Below, piece after piece: positions 9,201 to 17,942 of a DNA stretch of 64,000 bases. The translations under genes were made by a program, and so were the position numbers. Every line of letters starts with the position of its first letter. Positions within the stretch are counted from its first letter, which is position 1. The stretch is taken from assembly GCA_046758505.1 (NCBI GenBank), contig JBHIAH010000001.1, positions 1-64,000 on the forward strand, in the 5' to 3' direction. The notes below the pieces were generated by a model. It saw only the letters and a list, made by a program, of their open reading frames with translations. It made no database searches and was not told the origin of the DNA. This DNA comes from Candidatus Methylomirabilales bacterium (GTDB taxonomy: Bacteria; Methylomirabilota; Methylomirabilia; Methylomirabilales; CSP1-5).

Positions 9201-9250
9201 TTCTCCAGGGAGAGGTGGTCAAGCTCATGGAAGAGCAGCCACCATCCTAA
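6218..9250 (+). CDS. Multidomain fusion: two CitE/malyl-CoA lyase-like barrels, a MaoC hydratase and a second hot-dog-like domain
   Basis: LDLEDAVA, VRPN, YLPKVE, GVVDY, KWSVHPAHI; second barrel ending GFHGKVV; MaoC SGDRNRYHLD...AHG; RBS AGGAGG. Confidence 0.85.
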   Translation: MHERALTEVVAAFGGDTSQAEAAIAERWEAMKRIDADATREAAAEQLAWEYAPRTIQHVFPGDNWYFMIKAAQSQAHILLLDLEDAVATTRKHVARTVLTLLIRALRGQVLMSDEVEFLKAHALPAGKADQLEQQFIRDGARFHIKPECRFPEEQMVLVRPNNLRTKWAAGDYFEVIRRVGDLIAGIYLPKVEEPEDVRTAVQILRALQQAQGWVTARHKVFVLTELPGAVLTAQEILAVAPDVEEANLGVVDYTAATGGRSVVQQEQYTYMRYPLLRLVEAARATGKAAGTGITVKLNADDTEIDTVRAIALGIHRKWSVHPAHIEGILRHAAEFPPVLRKRIPFPEIPPFDLAKLERLAREEKPILPPLVFIPRPVTLCRSVVGVAGQDLDGLRAALTSPADMLIVDVTGMLGPDGQESRHKLAQLVKQADRPPQVLAIRMDPEKLEAAQELQDLLRLLNGCVQALVLPAVDHPRAVRHAAGLLSGLEREVGLPIGSLALGARITKPEAVEREAYAIATASRRMMWIFLDLEGEQPKEELSDPKTKGFYYYRSALVAATAAADIDAVDRMSDAPHLEQESLFAANLGFHGKVVTPDQAERVNAIMNPPRAGERPTQPKGPAAEAFNARWINSVERALEILELYATADQERNLGAVAYNDPVTGQAELVDAATARIYYRQLERALKAAHLTENEAERYVGARERLLLALRPGGMEQVGEAAFPGEKLQGNAIIVRPWMVQAFAKASGDRNRYHLDRAYAEQSRFRGLVAHGLFTLCHTLASLGRRLPAYAVKSLEVHFRAPVYFGDSITPLAQVQDVLDGGRTVLRLSTVNQEGKVVCEGNATLKREKAAELQAAPPDELTWVRKWAQDVTPSVPDAVYDFTDPSTPRQQAFAKTITPDLVRATHALFGPLYPHQVSPLLGLGAMAMTSAESSPGHLLLTVRVSQFGGPIEATEQLRLSATAPPPETIRRSQKGKGAPIVPLEIMVNNQRGGAVLQGEVVKLMEEQPPS

Positions 9251-9291
9251 GAGGGTGCAAAGCCTCAGTTCCATTGTCGGGAAACGGGAGA

Positions 9292-9654
9292 ATGAGAAAG
9301 CAACGTACGAGAACCGGTCTCCGGCGAGGCATCTCCATGGCACTGGCCAGTTTCCTCCTCGTCTTAGGCTTGTCCGCCGTCGCCACCGCCCAGTGCGCCT
9401 ACCCGGCCCTCGAGCTCCTCGAATTCGACTACGTGAACAGTTCTCGGCCTTCCCGAACCGGCTCGGGCGATCGTGCGCCGCGCAATGTCTGTCTCACCAA
9501 ACCAATCCGGCAGACCCAGGATCAGGAGGTAAGGACCTCGGGGATCGAGTACGAGTTCGAGGGACGCCTGCTCGTCTTCCACACCTTTCTCCGCTGGCTC
9601 CATCTGGACGCCGTCGCCGAGGCCTGGACCCCCCTCCCCCCCTCTTCCCGTTAG
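9292..9654 (+). CDS. Small secreted hypothetical protein
   Basis: Basic N-terminus, hydrophobic core and ATA cleavage site; two Cys. Confidence 0.5.
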   Translation: MRKQRTRTGLRRGISMALASFLLVLGLSAVATAQCAYPALELLEFDYVNSSRPSRTGSGDRAPRNVCLTKPIRQTQDQEVRTSGIEYEFEGRLLVFHTFLRWLHLDAVAEAWTPLPPSSR

Positions 9655-9746
9655 CCCCTCCCCTCTCCCGCCTTTTCTCGATCGACACGCAGGGTATGCC
9701 AGTCAGGCCCGCGAATCGCCATTTGGCAAAGCATGAGGGGGGACAC

Positions 9747-9773
9747 GGGGGTCAGGCTTGCTAATTGCTATTT
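9747..9773. repeat. REP-like repeat GGGGGTCAGGCTTGC...TGCTATTT
   Basis: 25/27 match to the reverse complement of 403-429. Confidence 0.6.
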
Positions 9774-9832
9774 GCCAGGGCGTCAGGAATTCCTCTCGGC
9801 CCGGCGTCAGCTAAGCGAGGTCCGGTCCGGAC

Positions 9833-10336
9833 CTATCGGCGCACACGCTCGGTGAGCAATTGCGGCTCAACACTCACGACATCGGGCAGCGCCTCAAGGT
9901 GGGCAATCCCCGTCAGCGCCTCGGCGATCCCGCCGAAGCGCGCCTGCACCCAGGCGGCGTGAGGGGCATACGAAAGGATGTGCCGCACGGTATATCCGGC
10001 TTCCTCGAGCGCGCCACGTCGCTCCTCGATCCGCACCTCTTCCCTGAAGCGAACAAAGACGAGGCCGGTCGGAACGGCCGGCGGGCCGTTCGGTCCAAGA
10101 CCATACACGGGACTGACCCTGACCGATTCCGAACCCTTCCGTCGACGCCCCGGCTTCCCACGGCACACCGCGATCCTCCCGCCGTCGAGTAGCACGACGA
10201 CCGACCCCGCCCCGGAGGCCGGGACAGGACCGTGGACGGCGTAGTAGCCGGACAGCCGAACGTACCACACCTCGGTCTGCTCCGTGCTTGCCCGCACGCG
10301 ATGCGGGTATTTGGAAAAGAGATTTTCCTTCGGCAT
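9833..10336 (-). CDS. Stand-alone subtilase prodomain-like protein
   Basis: The C-terminal 90 aa align by eye with the propeptide of the adjacent S8 protease. Confidence 0.7.
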   Translation of the reverse strand: MPKENLFSKYPHRVRASTEQTEVWYVRLSGYYAVHGPVPASGAGSVVVLLDGGRIAVCRGKPGRRRKGSESVRVSPVYGLGPNGPPAVPTGLVFVRFREEVRIEERRGALEEAGYTVRHILSYAPHAAWVQARFGGIAEALTGIAHLEALPDVVSVEPQLLTERVRR

Positions 10337-10406
10337 ACCATCCGCTATTGTAGGCAAGAGAGAGCGGTCACTTCAAGCACAGCCTGCTACCAGGAAGGAG
10401 GGTGCG

Positions 10407-12377
10407 ATGGTCATCTTTCGGTACGGCGGAAAGAAGGGGAAACACCACTCGCTCGCGGAGAGCGACCAATGTGTGGTCGTCCGCACGCGCGACCGCGGAC
10501 CCCTGGAGGCCAGCGTCCTGTCCAGGGAGGCGCGGCGCATGTTGGCCCACTTTGAGCCGGTGCTGCGCTTTCCCGTGGCCGGCGTGGAGGTTCTCCGGAC
10601 GCGCTCGCGGCGTGACCGCCGGGCCCTGCGCGATAAAACGAGGGCCCTCCTGAAGCGTGAGCGCACCCTCCAATTTGCCGGTCGCGTCCTGTGTGACCCG
10701 AAATCCGGCGCTCCCGTCGTTTACACCGAAAACTTCTTTGTCAAGTTCCATGATGATTGCCCCACGCGGACCTGCACAAAGATCCTGAAGGCGTACGGCA
10801 TGGCCATCAAGCGCAAACTCGACTACGCGCGCAACGCCTACTTTGTCGCGGCGCGGGCAGACACCGGCCGCCGGATCTTTTCGATGGCAGCCAGGCTCCT
10901 GCGCGACGCGCAGGTGGAGTTATGCCACCCCGAGTTCGTCCGGGAGGTCCGACACCGCACTGCATTTCCCCCGCAGTGGCATTTGAAGAAGACCACGATT
11001 GACGGTCAACAGATCAACGCCCACGCCCACGTCGAGGAGGCATGGGCGCTCAGCAAAGGGGAGGGGACAGTCATCGCGATCATTGATGACGGCGTGGACA
11101 TCGATCACGAGGAATTCCGTAGTCCCGGGAAGATTACCACGCCTCGCGACGTGACCCTCGGCACGAACGACCCGCGCCCGGGGCCCGGTGACAACCACGG
11201 CACGGCCTGCGCCGGTGTGGCCGGCGCCGATGGACGGGCTGGCGCCTCGGGCGTGGCGCCCAAGGTCCGACTCCTTCCGATCCGTCTGGCCTCGGGCCTG
11301 GGCTCCCAGGCCGAAGCAGACGCGTTCGTCTGGGCGGCACAAAACGGCGCCGATGTCATCTCATGTAGCTGGGGTCCCGCCGACGGCAACTGGTGGGATC
11401 CCAACGATCCCCTTCACCGACAGGTCGTCCCCCTACCCGACGCGACCCGGCTCGCCATCGACTGGGCCGTCAACAACGGGAGGAACGGCAAGGGCTGTGT
11501 CATCACCTGGGCGGCCGGCAACGGCAACGAGAGTGTCGACAACGACGGGTACGCCAGCTACGAAAAGGTCATTGCCGTGGCCGCCTGTAACGACCGCAGC
11601 AAGAAGAGTGCGTACAGCGATTTCGGTCGCGCCGTCTGGTGTGCCTTTCCCAGCAACGACCTCGAGGCGCCCCGGACACCGGGGATTTGGACCACCGACC
11701 GCTCCGGGACCGAAGGGTACAACCCGGGCCAGACAGCCAAAGGGGACGCCACAGGCAACTACACCAACAGCTTCGGCGGCACGTCGAGCGCGTGTCCCGG
11801 TGCAGCGGGCGTGGCAGCCCTGGTGATTGCGCGCAATCCCTCACTCCGCTGGGACGAGGTCAAGGATGTGCTTAAACGCTCGTGCGACAAGATCGATCGC
11901 GCGGGAGGGAACTACGACGCCGATGGTCATAGCCCGAAGTACGGCTACGGCCGCCTGAACGCCAAGGCGGCCATGAACCTCGCGGTCCCCCCCCAGCCAC
12001 GCTACCGGGCGATCCACACGGCGGTGCAGGACGTGCCGATCGAGGATCTCAAAACTTCCACGATCGCCGTGGCCGTGGGGGACACGAAGGTTGCTAAGGC
12101 GGCCACGGTTACGGTGGACATCGAACACACCTACATCGGAGATCTCATCGTCCGTGTTCTCCCCCCAGCAAATACCGGCGTGGGTCCGATCACGCTCCAT
12201 GATCGGGCCGGTGGCGGGACCAACAACCTCAAGAAGACCTTTGATGCGGTCAGCACCCCGGCCCTCGCCGCCCTCGCGGGCAAGAACCCGCAAGGAACCT
12301 GGAAGCTCGAGGTCCAGGACCGGGAAAAACAGGATACCGGCACGATCCTGAATTTCTCGGTTACGCTGACCTTCTGA
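10407..12377 (+). CDS. S8 family serine peptidase with C-terminal P-domain (kexin/furin-like)
   Basis: IIDDG, NHGTACAG, AAGNG, GGTSSACP; P-domain HTYIGDL...GTWKLEVQD; no obvious signal peptide. Confidence 0.95.
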   Translation: MVIFRYGGKKGKHHSLAESDQCVVVRTRDRGPLEASVLSREARRMLAHFEPVLRFPVAGVEVLRTRSRRDRRALRDKTRALLKRERTLQFAGRVLCDPKSGAPVVYTENFFVKFHDDCPTRTCTKILKAYGMAIKRKLDYARNAYFVAARADTGRRIFSMAARLLRDAQVELCHPEFVREVRHRTAFPPQWHLKKTTIDGQQINAHAHVEEAWALSKGEGTVIAIIDDGVDIDHEEFRSPGKITTPRDVTLGTNDPRPGPGDNHGTACAGVAGADGRAGASGVAPKVRLLPIRLASGLGSQAEADAFVWAAQNGADVISCSWGPADGNWWDPNDPLHRQVVPLPDATRLAIDWAVNNGRNGKGCVITWAAGNGNESVDNDGYASYEKVIAVAACNDRSKKSAYSDFGRAVWCAFPSNDLEAPRTPGIWTTDRSGTEGYNPGQTAKGDATGNYTNSFGGTSSACPGAAGVAALVIARNPSLRWDEVKDVLKRSCDKIDRAGGNYDADGHSPKYGYGRLNAKAAMNLAVPPQPRYRAIHTAVQDVPIEDLKTSTIAVAVGDTKVAKAATVTVDIEHTYIGDLIVRVLPPANTGVGPITLHDRAGGGTNNLKKTFDAVSTPALAALAGKNPQGTWKLEVQDREKQDTGTILNFSVTLTF

Positions 12378-12500
12378 CGATCGGCAAGTGGCCATCGGCG
12401 TGGCAGCATTCCCGTGCCGCGATTGACGGCAATGGTGATTCGTCGGGCCACGGGGACGGTGGCCGTCGGCAGCGACCACTCCGGGACCAGGCCGCTTCAA

Positions 12501-12531
12501 TACAAAGGGGGGAGCGCACAGGCTCCCCCCT
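12501..12531 (-). terminator. Intrinsic terminator of the gcl operon
   Basis: GGGGGGAGC/GCTCCCCCC stem with a T-rich tail on the minus strand. Confidence 0.75.
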
Positions 12532-12554
12532 CCTCCTTCCGACCACGCTCCGAG

Positions 12555-14297
12555 TCAGGCGGCGGCTGCCTTCTTTGAGACCTTCTCGGGCAGGTCGATG
12601 ACCGGGTCAAATTCCCGGACCTTATCAATGGACGGCCCCATGGAGCAATCGGTCTCCCGGTCGACACGGATCTCGACCAGGGCCGGCACCTCATGGCGAT
12701 TGGACTCCTTCACCGCCCAGTCCAGGGCCGGCTTGATCTCATCAGGCCGGATCACCCTGCGACCCAGGGCCCCGAACCCCTCCATGATCTTCACAAAATC
12801 GGGGCCATAGCCGTCGCCGTAGCCGATGTCCACGGCATACTGCATGTCGTACATGTACTTCTCGGGTTGCCGGATCAACGAGAGATAGCCGTTATTGAGC
12901 ATCACCAGGACGTAGGGGACCCGATTCTGCACCGCCGTGGCGACATCGCCCAGGAGGAACTGGATGCTGTAGTCCCCCACGATTCCCACCACCTGCTGCG
13001 CCGGTGCGGCCAGCTTGACCCCGATACAGGCCGGCACCTCCCAGCCCAGGGGTCCTGCCTGGCCACAGCAGAAGTAGTGCCTGGGCCTGTGGATCTCCTG
13101 GAACTGCCCCGACCAGATCTGGTAGAGCCCGATGGCGGTGACGAAGAGGGTGTTGGGATCGAAGAACTCATTGACCTCCTTGAAGACCCGTTGCGGTTTC
13201 ACCGGGACCTGGTCGAAGTCCATCTTGCGCTGAAATCGGATGCGGTAGTCCTCCGCCTTCTGCGACCAGGGATTGGGGGCACGCTTGGAGGTCATCTCCT
13301 TGGCCTCTTCGAGGAGCATCTGGGTGGCCAGCTTGGCGTCCCCCACGATCCCGAGATCGGGGGGAAAGACCTTGCCCAACTGCGTGGGCTCGATATCGAT
13401 GTGGATAAACTTCCGCCCCGCGGTATAGACATCGAGGGTACCGGTGTGGCGATCGGCGAACCGATTGCCGATGGAGAGGATCACATCCGACTCCAGGAAG
13501 AGCTTGTTCCCCCCTCGGTGGGAGGTTTGAATACCCACCATTCCCCCGTAGAGGGGATGGTCGGCCGGGATGCCGCCCATGGCCATGTAGGTGGGAACGA
13601 CCGGGATCTGGAGATGCTCGGCCAATTTGACAAACTCTTCGGCGGCATCGGCCAGGATCACGCCCCCCCCCATCATGAGGATCGGCCGCTCCCCGGCGAG
13701 GAGCATCTTCAACGCCTGGCGAACCGCGTTGCGATGCGGTGCGGGTTTGAAAACAGGCAGCGGCCCGTCCACCTCGGGATCATACTCCACCTCTCCCCGC
13801 CCCACATCCAGGGGGATGTCAATGAGCACCGGCCCCGGCCGTCCCTCCCGGGCGATCTTGAAGGCCTCCCGGACGACGAAGGGGAGCTGGGCCGTCTCCA
13901 GGACCAGGTAACTCCGCTTGGTCACCGGCTTGGCGATCTCGGCAATGTTCACCGCCTGGAAGGCCTCCTTGTGGAGGGCCGCGCGGACAGCCTGCCCGGT
14001 GAAGCAGACGATGGGGATCGAGTCCCCCATGCAGGTGTAGAGCCCGGTGATCATGTTGGTCCCCGCCGGACCCGACGTCCCGATTGCCACACCCACCTTG
14101 CCGCTCATCCGGGACCAGCCGTCGGCCATGTGGCAGGCCGCCTCCTCGTGCCGGACGGTGAGATGTCGAATTGCCTTTGACTTGGACAGCGCCTTGTAGA
14201 GGGGGAGGATCGCCGCTCCGGGGATCCCGAACGCCACATCCACCCCCTCATCCTCAAGAATGTGAACCACCGCATCCATCACCGGCATCTTCGGCAT
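12555..14297 (-). CDS. gcl: Glyoxylate carboligase
   Basis: RHEEAACHMADG, GTSGPAGTNMITGLY, HKEAFQAV, CGQAGPLGW, GDYS, NNGYLSLIRQ. Confidence 0.93.
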   Translation of the reverse strand: MPKMPVMDAVVHILEDEGVDVAFGIPGAAILPLYKALSKSKAIRHLTVRHEEAACHMADGWSRMSGKVGVAIGTSGPAGTNMITGLYTCMGDSIPIVCFTGQAVRAALHKEAFQAVNIAEIAKPVTKRSYLVLETAQLPFVVREAFKIAREGRPGPVLIDIPLDVGRGEVEYDPEVDGPLPVFKPAPHRNAVRQALKMLLAGERPILMMGGGVILADAAEEFVKLAEHLQIPVVPTYMAMGGIPADHPLYGGMVGIQTSHRGGNKLFLESDVILSIGNRFADRHTGTLDVYTAGRKFIHIDIEPTQLGKVFPPDLGIVGDAKLATQMLLEEAKEMTSKRAPNPWSQKAEDYRIRFQRKMDFDQVPVKPQRVFKEVNEFFDPNTLFVTAIGLYQIWSGQFQEIHRPRHYFCCGQAGPLGWEVPACIGVKLAAPAQQVVGIVGDYSIQFLLGDVATAVQNRVPYVLVMLNNGYLSLIRQPEKYMYDMQYAVDIGYGDGYGPDFVKIMEGFGALGRRVIRPDEIKPALDWAVKESNRHEVPALVEIRVDRETDCSMGPSIDKVREFDPVIDLPEKVSKKAAAA

Positions 14298-14352
14298 GTC
14301 TCTCCCCTCCATTCATTTCATGAAGACCTCGACTCCACTGCGCGCACGACAC

Positions 14353-15261
14353 CTATAACTGCGACCACGCCTCGATCAGCGTCCGTTTGGCTCCCGTGAT
14401 GACCATCTCTGAAGACTCCCCGGAGAGGGGTTTTACCTCGAAGGCGACGATGGGTCGCTTTCCCTCCCCGAGATAGCCGATATGAAACAATTCCCGCAGA
14501 AACTCCACCACCTGGGGAACATCATTCTCTCCCCCCTCGATGCCGAAGCGGGGATGTTGGTCGCCGTACGCCGGGTGCCCCTCCTTCTTGACGCAGTTGC
14601 CGATGTGAATGTGGGCTATGTGGTCCTTCGCCACCTGAAGCGCCTCCTTGGAAGTCTCTCCCTGGAGCGGAAGGTGGCTCAGATCGAGCATCAGACCGAA
14701 GTCGGGATCGGTCTTGCGGACCTCGGCCGAGACCTTGACCGCATCCGTATGGGGACCGATGAGGCAGCGCTTATCGATCTTTTGATCGAACGTCTCGAGA
14801 ACGACCCGTAGGTTCCCCTTCGACCTCGCATGGGCGCAGATCTCGTCGAGCGACTGGACGAGCAGCCGCATCGCCTCCTCCCTCCGTTCTCCTGGATCGG
14901 GCCCACTCAGCACGGCCAGGGCTCCCGCTCCCAGTTTGGACGCTTCGTCCGCAGCCCCTTTGACCGCCTGAACCGCCTTGGCCCGCTCGGAGGGTTCAAA
15001 GGCGTTCAAGTTCAGCTTCTGGGTGAGGAGAATCGGTTGCGCCCCATAGCCGACTACCAGATGGCTCTCCTCGAGGATGCGGGTGACCGCTTCCCGAGCC
15101 TTGGGATCCTTGATCGTGGTAACCTCGACAGCCGAGAAAAAGTCATCCTCGGCGATGCGGCGGATGGTCTCAACGACCGGCCCCTCCCCCTTGAGCGTCT
15201 CCGGGTAGGCCATGAAATGGACAATGCCCACCTTCATGTAATTCTGGAGGCTCTCTTTCAC
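14353..15261 (-). CDS. Sugar phosphate isomerase/epimerase (xylose isomerase-like TIM barrel)
   Basis: VVLETFD, LDLSHL, HIHIGNC, FEVKP metal-ligand pattern. Confidence 0.85.
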   Translation of the reverse strand: MKESLQNYMKVGIVHFMAYPETLKGEGPVVETIRRIAEDDFFSAVEVTTIKDPKAREAVTRILEESHLVVGYGAQPILLTQKLNLNAFEPSERAKAVQAVKGAADEASKLGAGALAVLSGPDPGERREEAMRLLVQSLDEICAHARSKGNLRVVLETFDQKIDKRCLIGPHTDAVKVSAEVRKTDPDFGLMLDLSHLPLQGETSKEALQVAKDHIAHIHIGNCVKKEGHPAYGDQHPRFGIEGGENDVPQVVEFLRELFHIGYLGEGKRPIVAFEVKPLSGESSEMVITGAKRTLIEAWSQL

Positions 15262-16085
15262 CTGCGACCTCCTTTCCGAGTGCTGGACGGTGCCGGTGAC
15301 GTGACTCCTACGTGGTAGCCAAGCTCAGCCGATGCCCGCTGTCCCTCCTCTAACACGAAGGGCACAAATTCCGCAATCCGCCGATCGGTCATCCGGACCG
15401 TGGGTCCGGAAATCCCCAGGGCCGCTACGACCCGGGCCGTAAAGTCCCGAACCGGAACGGCCAGGCACGAGGCCCCCTTCTCACATTCCTCCCGATCGAT
15501 CGCAAACCCCTGGCTTGCCACCTTCTTGAGCTCCCGTCGAAGCTGGGGAAGGGAGGCAATGGTATTTCGGGTGTGCGGAATAAGGGTGGCGCGGCCCAAG
15601 AATTCTTCCACTTCCTCCTCCGGAAGATGGGCCAGAAGGACCTTCCCGACCGCGGTACAATACAGGGGGGCTCGATGGCCGATCTTGGTCAGAAACTTCA
15701 GGCTCTGTGGACTCTCCACCTTGTCCAGGTAGCACGCCTCATCCACCTCGAGCACGACCAGGTTTGCCGTCTCGCCGGAGGCCTTGGCGAGCCGCTCGAG
15801 ATGCGGTCGACTCAGCCGGCGAAGGTCCATCCAGCCCAGGGAGGCCTGGGCGAGCTGGTGAATCTTCCCGCTCAGAGCATACCGGCCCCTCTCGGGATCC
15901 TGCTGAACATACTCACCGACCATCAGCGTCCCCAGGAGCCGGTGGACGGTGCTCACGTGGAGGTGCACCCGCCGACTCAGCTCAACGACCCCCATCTCCC
16001 GGCCCTCCTGGGCCAAGACATCCAGGAGCGTCAATGCCCGCAGGACCGAGTGGACCCGAGCGGTCTTGCCCTTTCGCGGCCGCAT
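15258..16085 (-). CDS. IclR family transcriptional regulator
   Basis: SVLRAL..L, STVHRLL HTH; GETANL, CTAVGKVLLA, GFAIDREE. Confidence 0.95.
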   Translation of the reverse strand: MRPRKGKTARVHSVLRALTLLDVLAQEGREMGVVELSRRVHLHVSTVHRLLGTLMVGEYVQQDPERGRYALSGKIHQLAQASLGWMDLRRLSRPHLERLAKASGETANLVVLEVDEACYLDKVESPQSLKFLTKIGHRAPLYCTAVGKVLLAHLPEEEVEEFLGRATLIPHTRNTIASLPQLRRELKKVASQGFAIDREECEKGASCLAVPVRDFTARVVAALGISGPTVRMTDRRIAEFVPFVLEEGQRASAELGYHVGVTSPAPSSTRKGGRR

Positions 16086-16110
16086 TTCCACCCCGCCTCG
16101 TCGGAATACT

Positions 16111-16183
16111 TTTTCGGGATGTGAAAATTCTTTTCTTTTTGCGATAGGCCCCACAATCTAGTAAAGCCCGCGGTCTGCGTCAA
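16111..16183 (-). promoter_or_regulatory. Sigma-70 promoter and candidate IclR operator
   Basis: TTGACG-N17-TAGATT (16183-16155); TTTTC-N7-GAAAA palindrome at 16111-16127. Confidence 0.6.
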
Positions 16184-16270
16184 GCAAAATCTTCCCCCTC
16201 ACGAACCCGGTACCCCTGAGAACCCTTCGGTTACCCTTCCCATCTCTGCCCACGCGTGTGACCCGAAAAG

Positions 16271-16830
16271 ATGGAATGGACATGGTATAGAGGGCGGAAC
16301 GCGATTCTCGAGGCGGCCCGCAGTCCCTCGGCCCTCCACCGGTCTCCGGCCTTGCTCCGACGTGCCCGCCGCAGCAGAGGGGAAACCCTGATGGCCCGCC
16401 GTATCGCCCTCGTGGAAGGGATCGGGGTGAACCTCGCAGGGGGGAGCCACCACGCCTCTGCCGATCAGAGAGAGGGATTTTGTGGGGCCAATAGCTTTCC
16501 GTATCACGTGATCCCGCGTACCGTGGACATTGCCTGACCGGATGACATCCAGGACGACGTTGACCTGAAAGCGCCTGAGGTGCACCTTCCCGGTTTTCTC
16601 CAAACGTTTCAGCCGGAACTGGTGCTTTACGTGGCAGGGGTGGATCCGTTTCGGGAGGACCGCCGCGGACGGCTGAAGTTCAGCATGAAGGCGGTGGAGC
16701 GGCGAGACCCATATCCTGGGCCTGTGCCCGGAGTCGAGCATTCCGGTGGTCGTCACCCTCGCCGGCGGCTGTGCCGCAAACGTCGATGACACGATGGGGG
16801 CCCGCTGTCAGACCGTACGCAGTGCCCGCC
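16271..16830 (+). pseudogene. Degraded histone deacetylase family gene
   Basis: Fragments NLAGGSHHASADQREGFC, PELVLYVAGVDPFREDRRGRL and IPVVVTLAGG separated by a stop and a frameshift; the central DxH region is missing. Confidence 0.75.
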
Positions 16831-16886
16831 CCCTCCTGTAGTGTTTCCCGTGCGGGGCTGTGGTGGGGGAGGATTGTCGAAAGACC

Positions 16887-17828
16887 TTATTGGAGCCGCT
16901 CGAGGCGGTCTCGGGCCAGCCGCGCCTCACGGGACCTGGGAAACTTCGCCACCAGCTCCCGGAGGACCCCCTGTCCCTCGGCGTTCTCCCGAAGCTCAAG
17001 GTAGGCATAGCCCTGTTTCAGCATCGCACTCGGAACCTTGGAGCTGTCGGGATAGTCCTTGATCAGCTTGTCAAATTCCCGAATCGCCTTCAGGTAATCC
17101 CGCTTGCTGTAGTATGACTCCGCAAGCCAGTATTGCGCATTCGGGACAAGGCTGGTCTTCGGGTAGAAGGTCAGATAGGTGTTGAAGCTGCTGATGGCCA
17201 GATCATAATTCCCCTTGGTGTAATCACTCAAGCCCGCCCTGTACACCTCCTCCGGTGAGGGGAGCGATCCCCGCGACGCCCGCTGTCCCGGACCGATTAC
17301 GGCAGGGGCCTGGGGTGGAGATACCCCGCCGCCGGGCGGGGGTGGGAGCTGGCCAGGACCCGAAGGGGACGAGGGAGCGGTACCGGGCCGAGCCGTCCCG
17401 GCGGGCAATGAGGGCTGCGGCGTTATCCCGGGGACGGCAGCAGGTGGAACGGGGGCCTGACCTGGTGAAGCGGTCCCACCCGGCTCCCCCAGGAGGCGGG
17501 CCATTTTCAGGTCGGTCTCGTCCATCCGCTGGCTGAGCTCCGAGAGACGGTAACTGTTCTCCTCGAGCTGGCCCTGGAGCATCCGGGTCTCGGTCGCCAG
17601 TTCCTCCAGGCGAGACACCAGATCGGTCTGTCGAATGGCCCCCCCGTCGGCGAGCCCCTCGGAACCCTCTCCGCTGACGCCTCCCTCTTTTGCCAGGACA
17701 TTGACGTCCGCCCGAAGGCTTCGCACGTCTTGCTGAAGGGCCTGGAGTTGTTCCGAAGTCGCCACGCAGGCATTGCCGAGCAGCGCGACGCCCAAGAGGA
17801 GGGGCCACGTGAAATACCGCACCATCAT
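16887..17828 (-). CDS. cpoB: Tol-Pal associated TPR protein CpoB/YbgF
   Basis: Lipobox-like LGNAC, coiled coil, Pro-rich linker, NAQYWLAE and KVPSAMLKQG; follows pal. Confidence 0.9.
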   Translation of the reverse strand: MMVRYFTWPLLLGVALLGNACVATSEQLQALQQDVRSLRADVNVLAKEGGVSGEGSEGLADGGAIRQTDLVSRLEELATETRMLQGQLEENSYRLSELSQRMDETDLKMARLLGEPGGTASPGQAPVPPAAVPGITPQPSLPAGTARPGTAPSSPSGPGQLPPPPGGGVSPPQAPAVIGPGQRASRGSLPSPEEVYRAGLSDYTKGNYDLAISSFNTYLTFYPKTSLVPNAQYWLAESYYSKRDYLKAIREFDKLIKDYPDSSKVPSAMLKQGYAYLELRENAEGQGVLRELVAKFPRSREARLARDRLERLQ

Positions 17829-17942
17829 CTTCCCCCTCATGATGCCACCCACAAGACGGGCGCATCCACGCCTGCGCGAGGGAGGGAGCGCAGGACGCTC
17901 CCCCCTCGCGTTTCTCCGAGACTGACCAGGGATTGCAATTGG

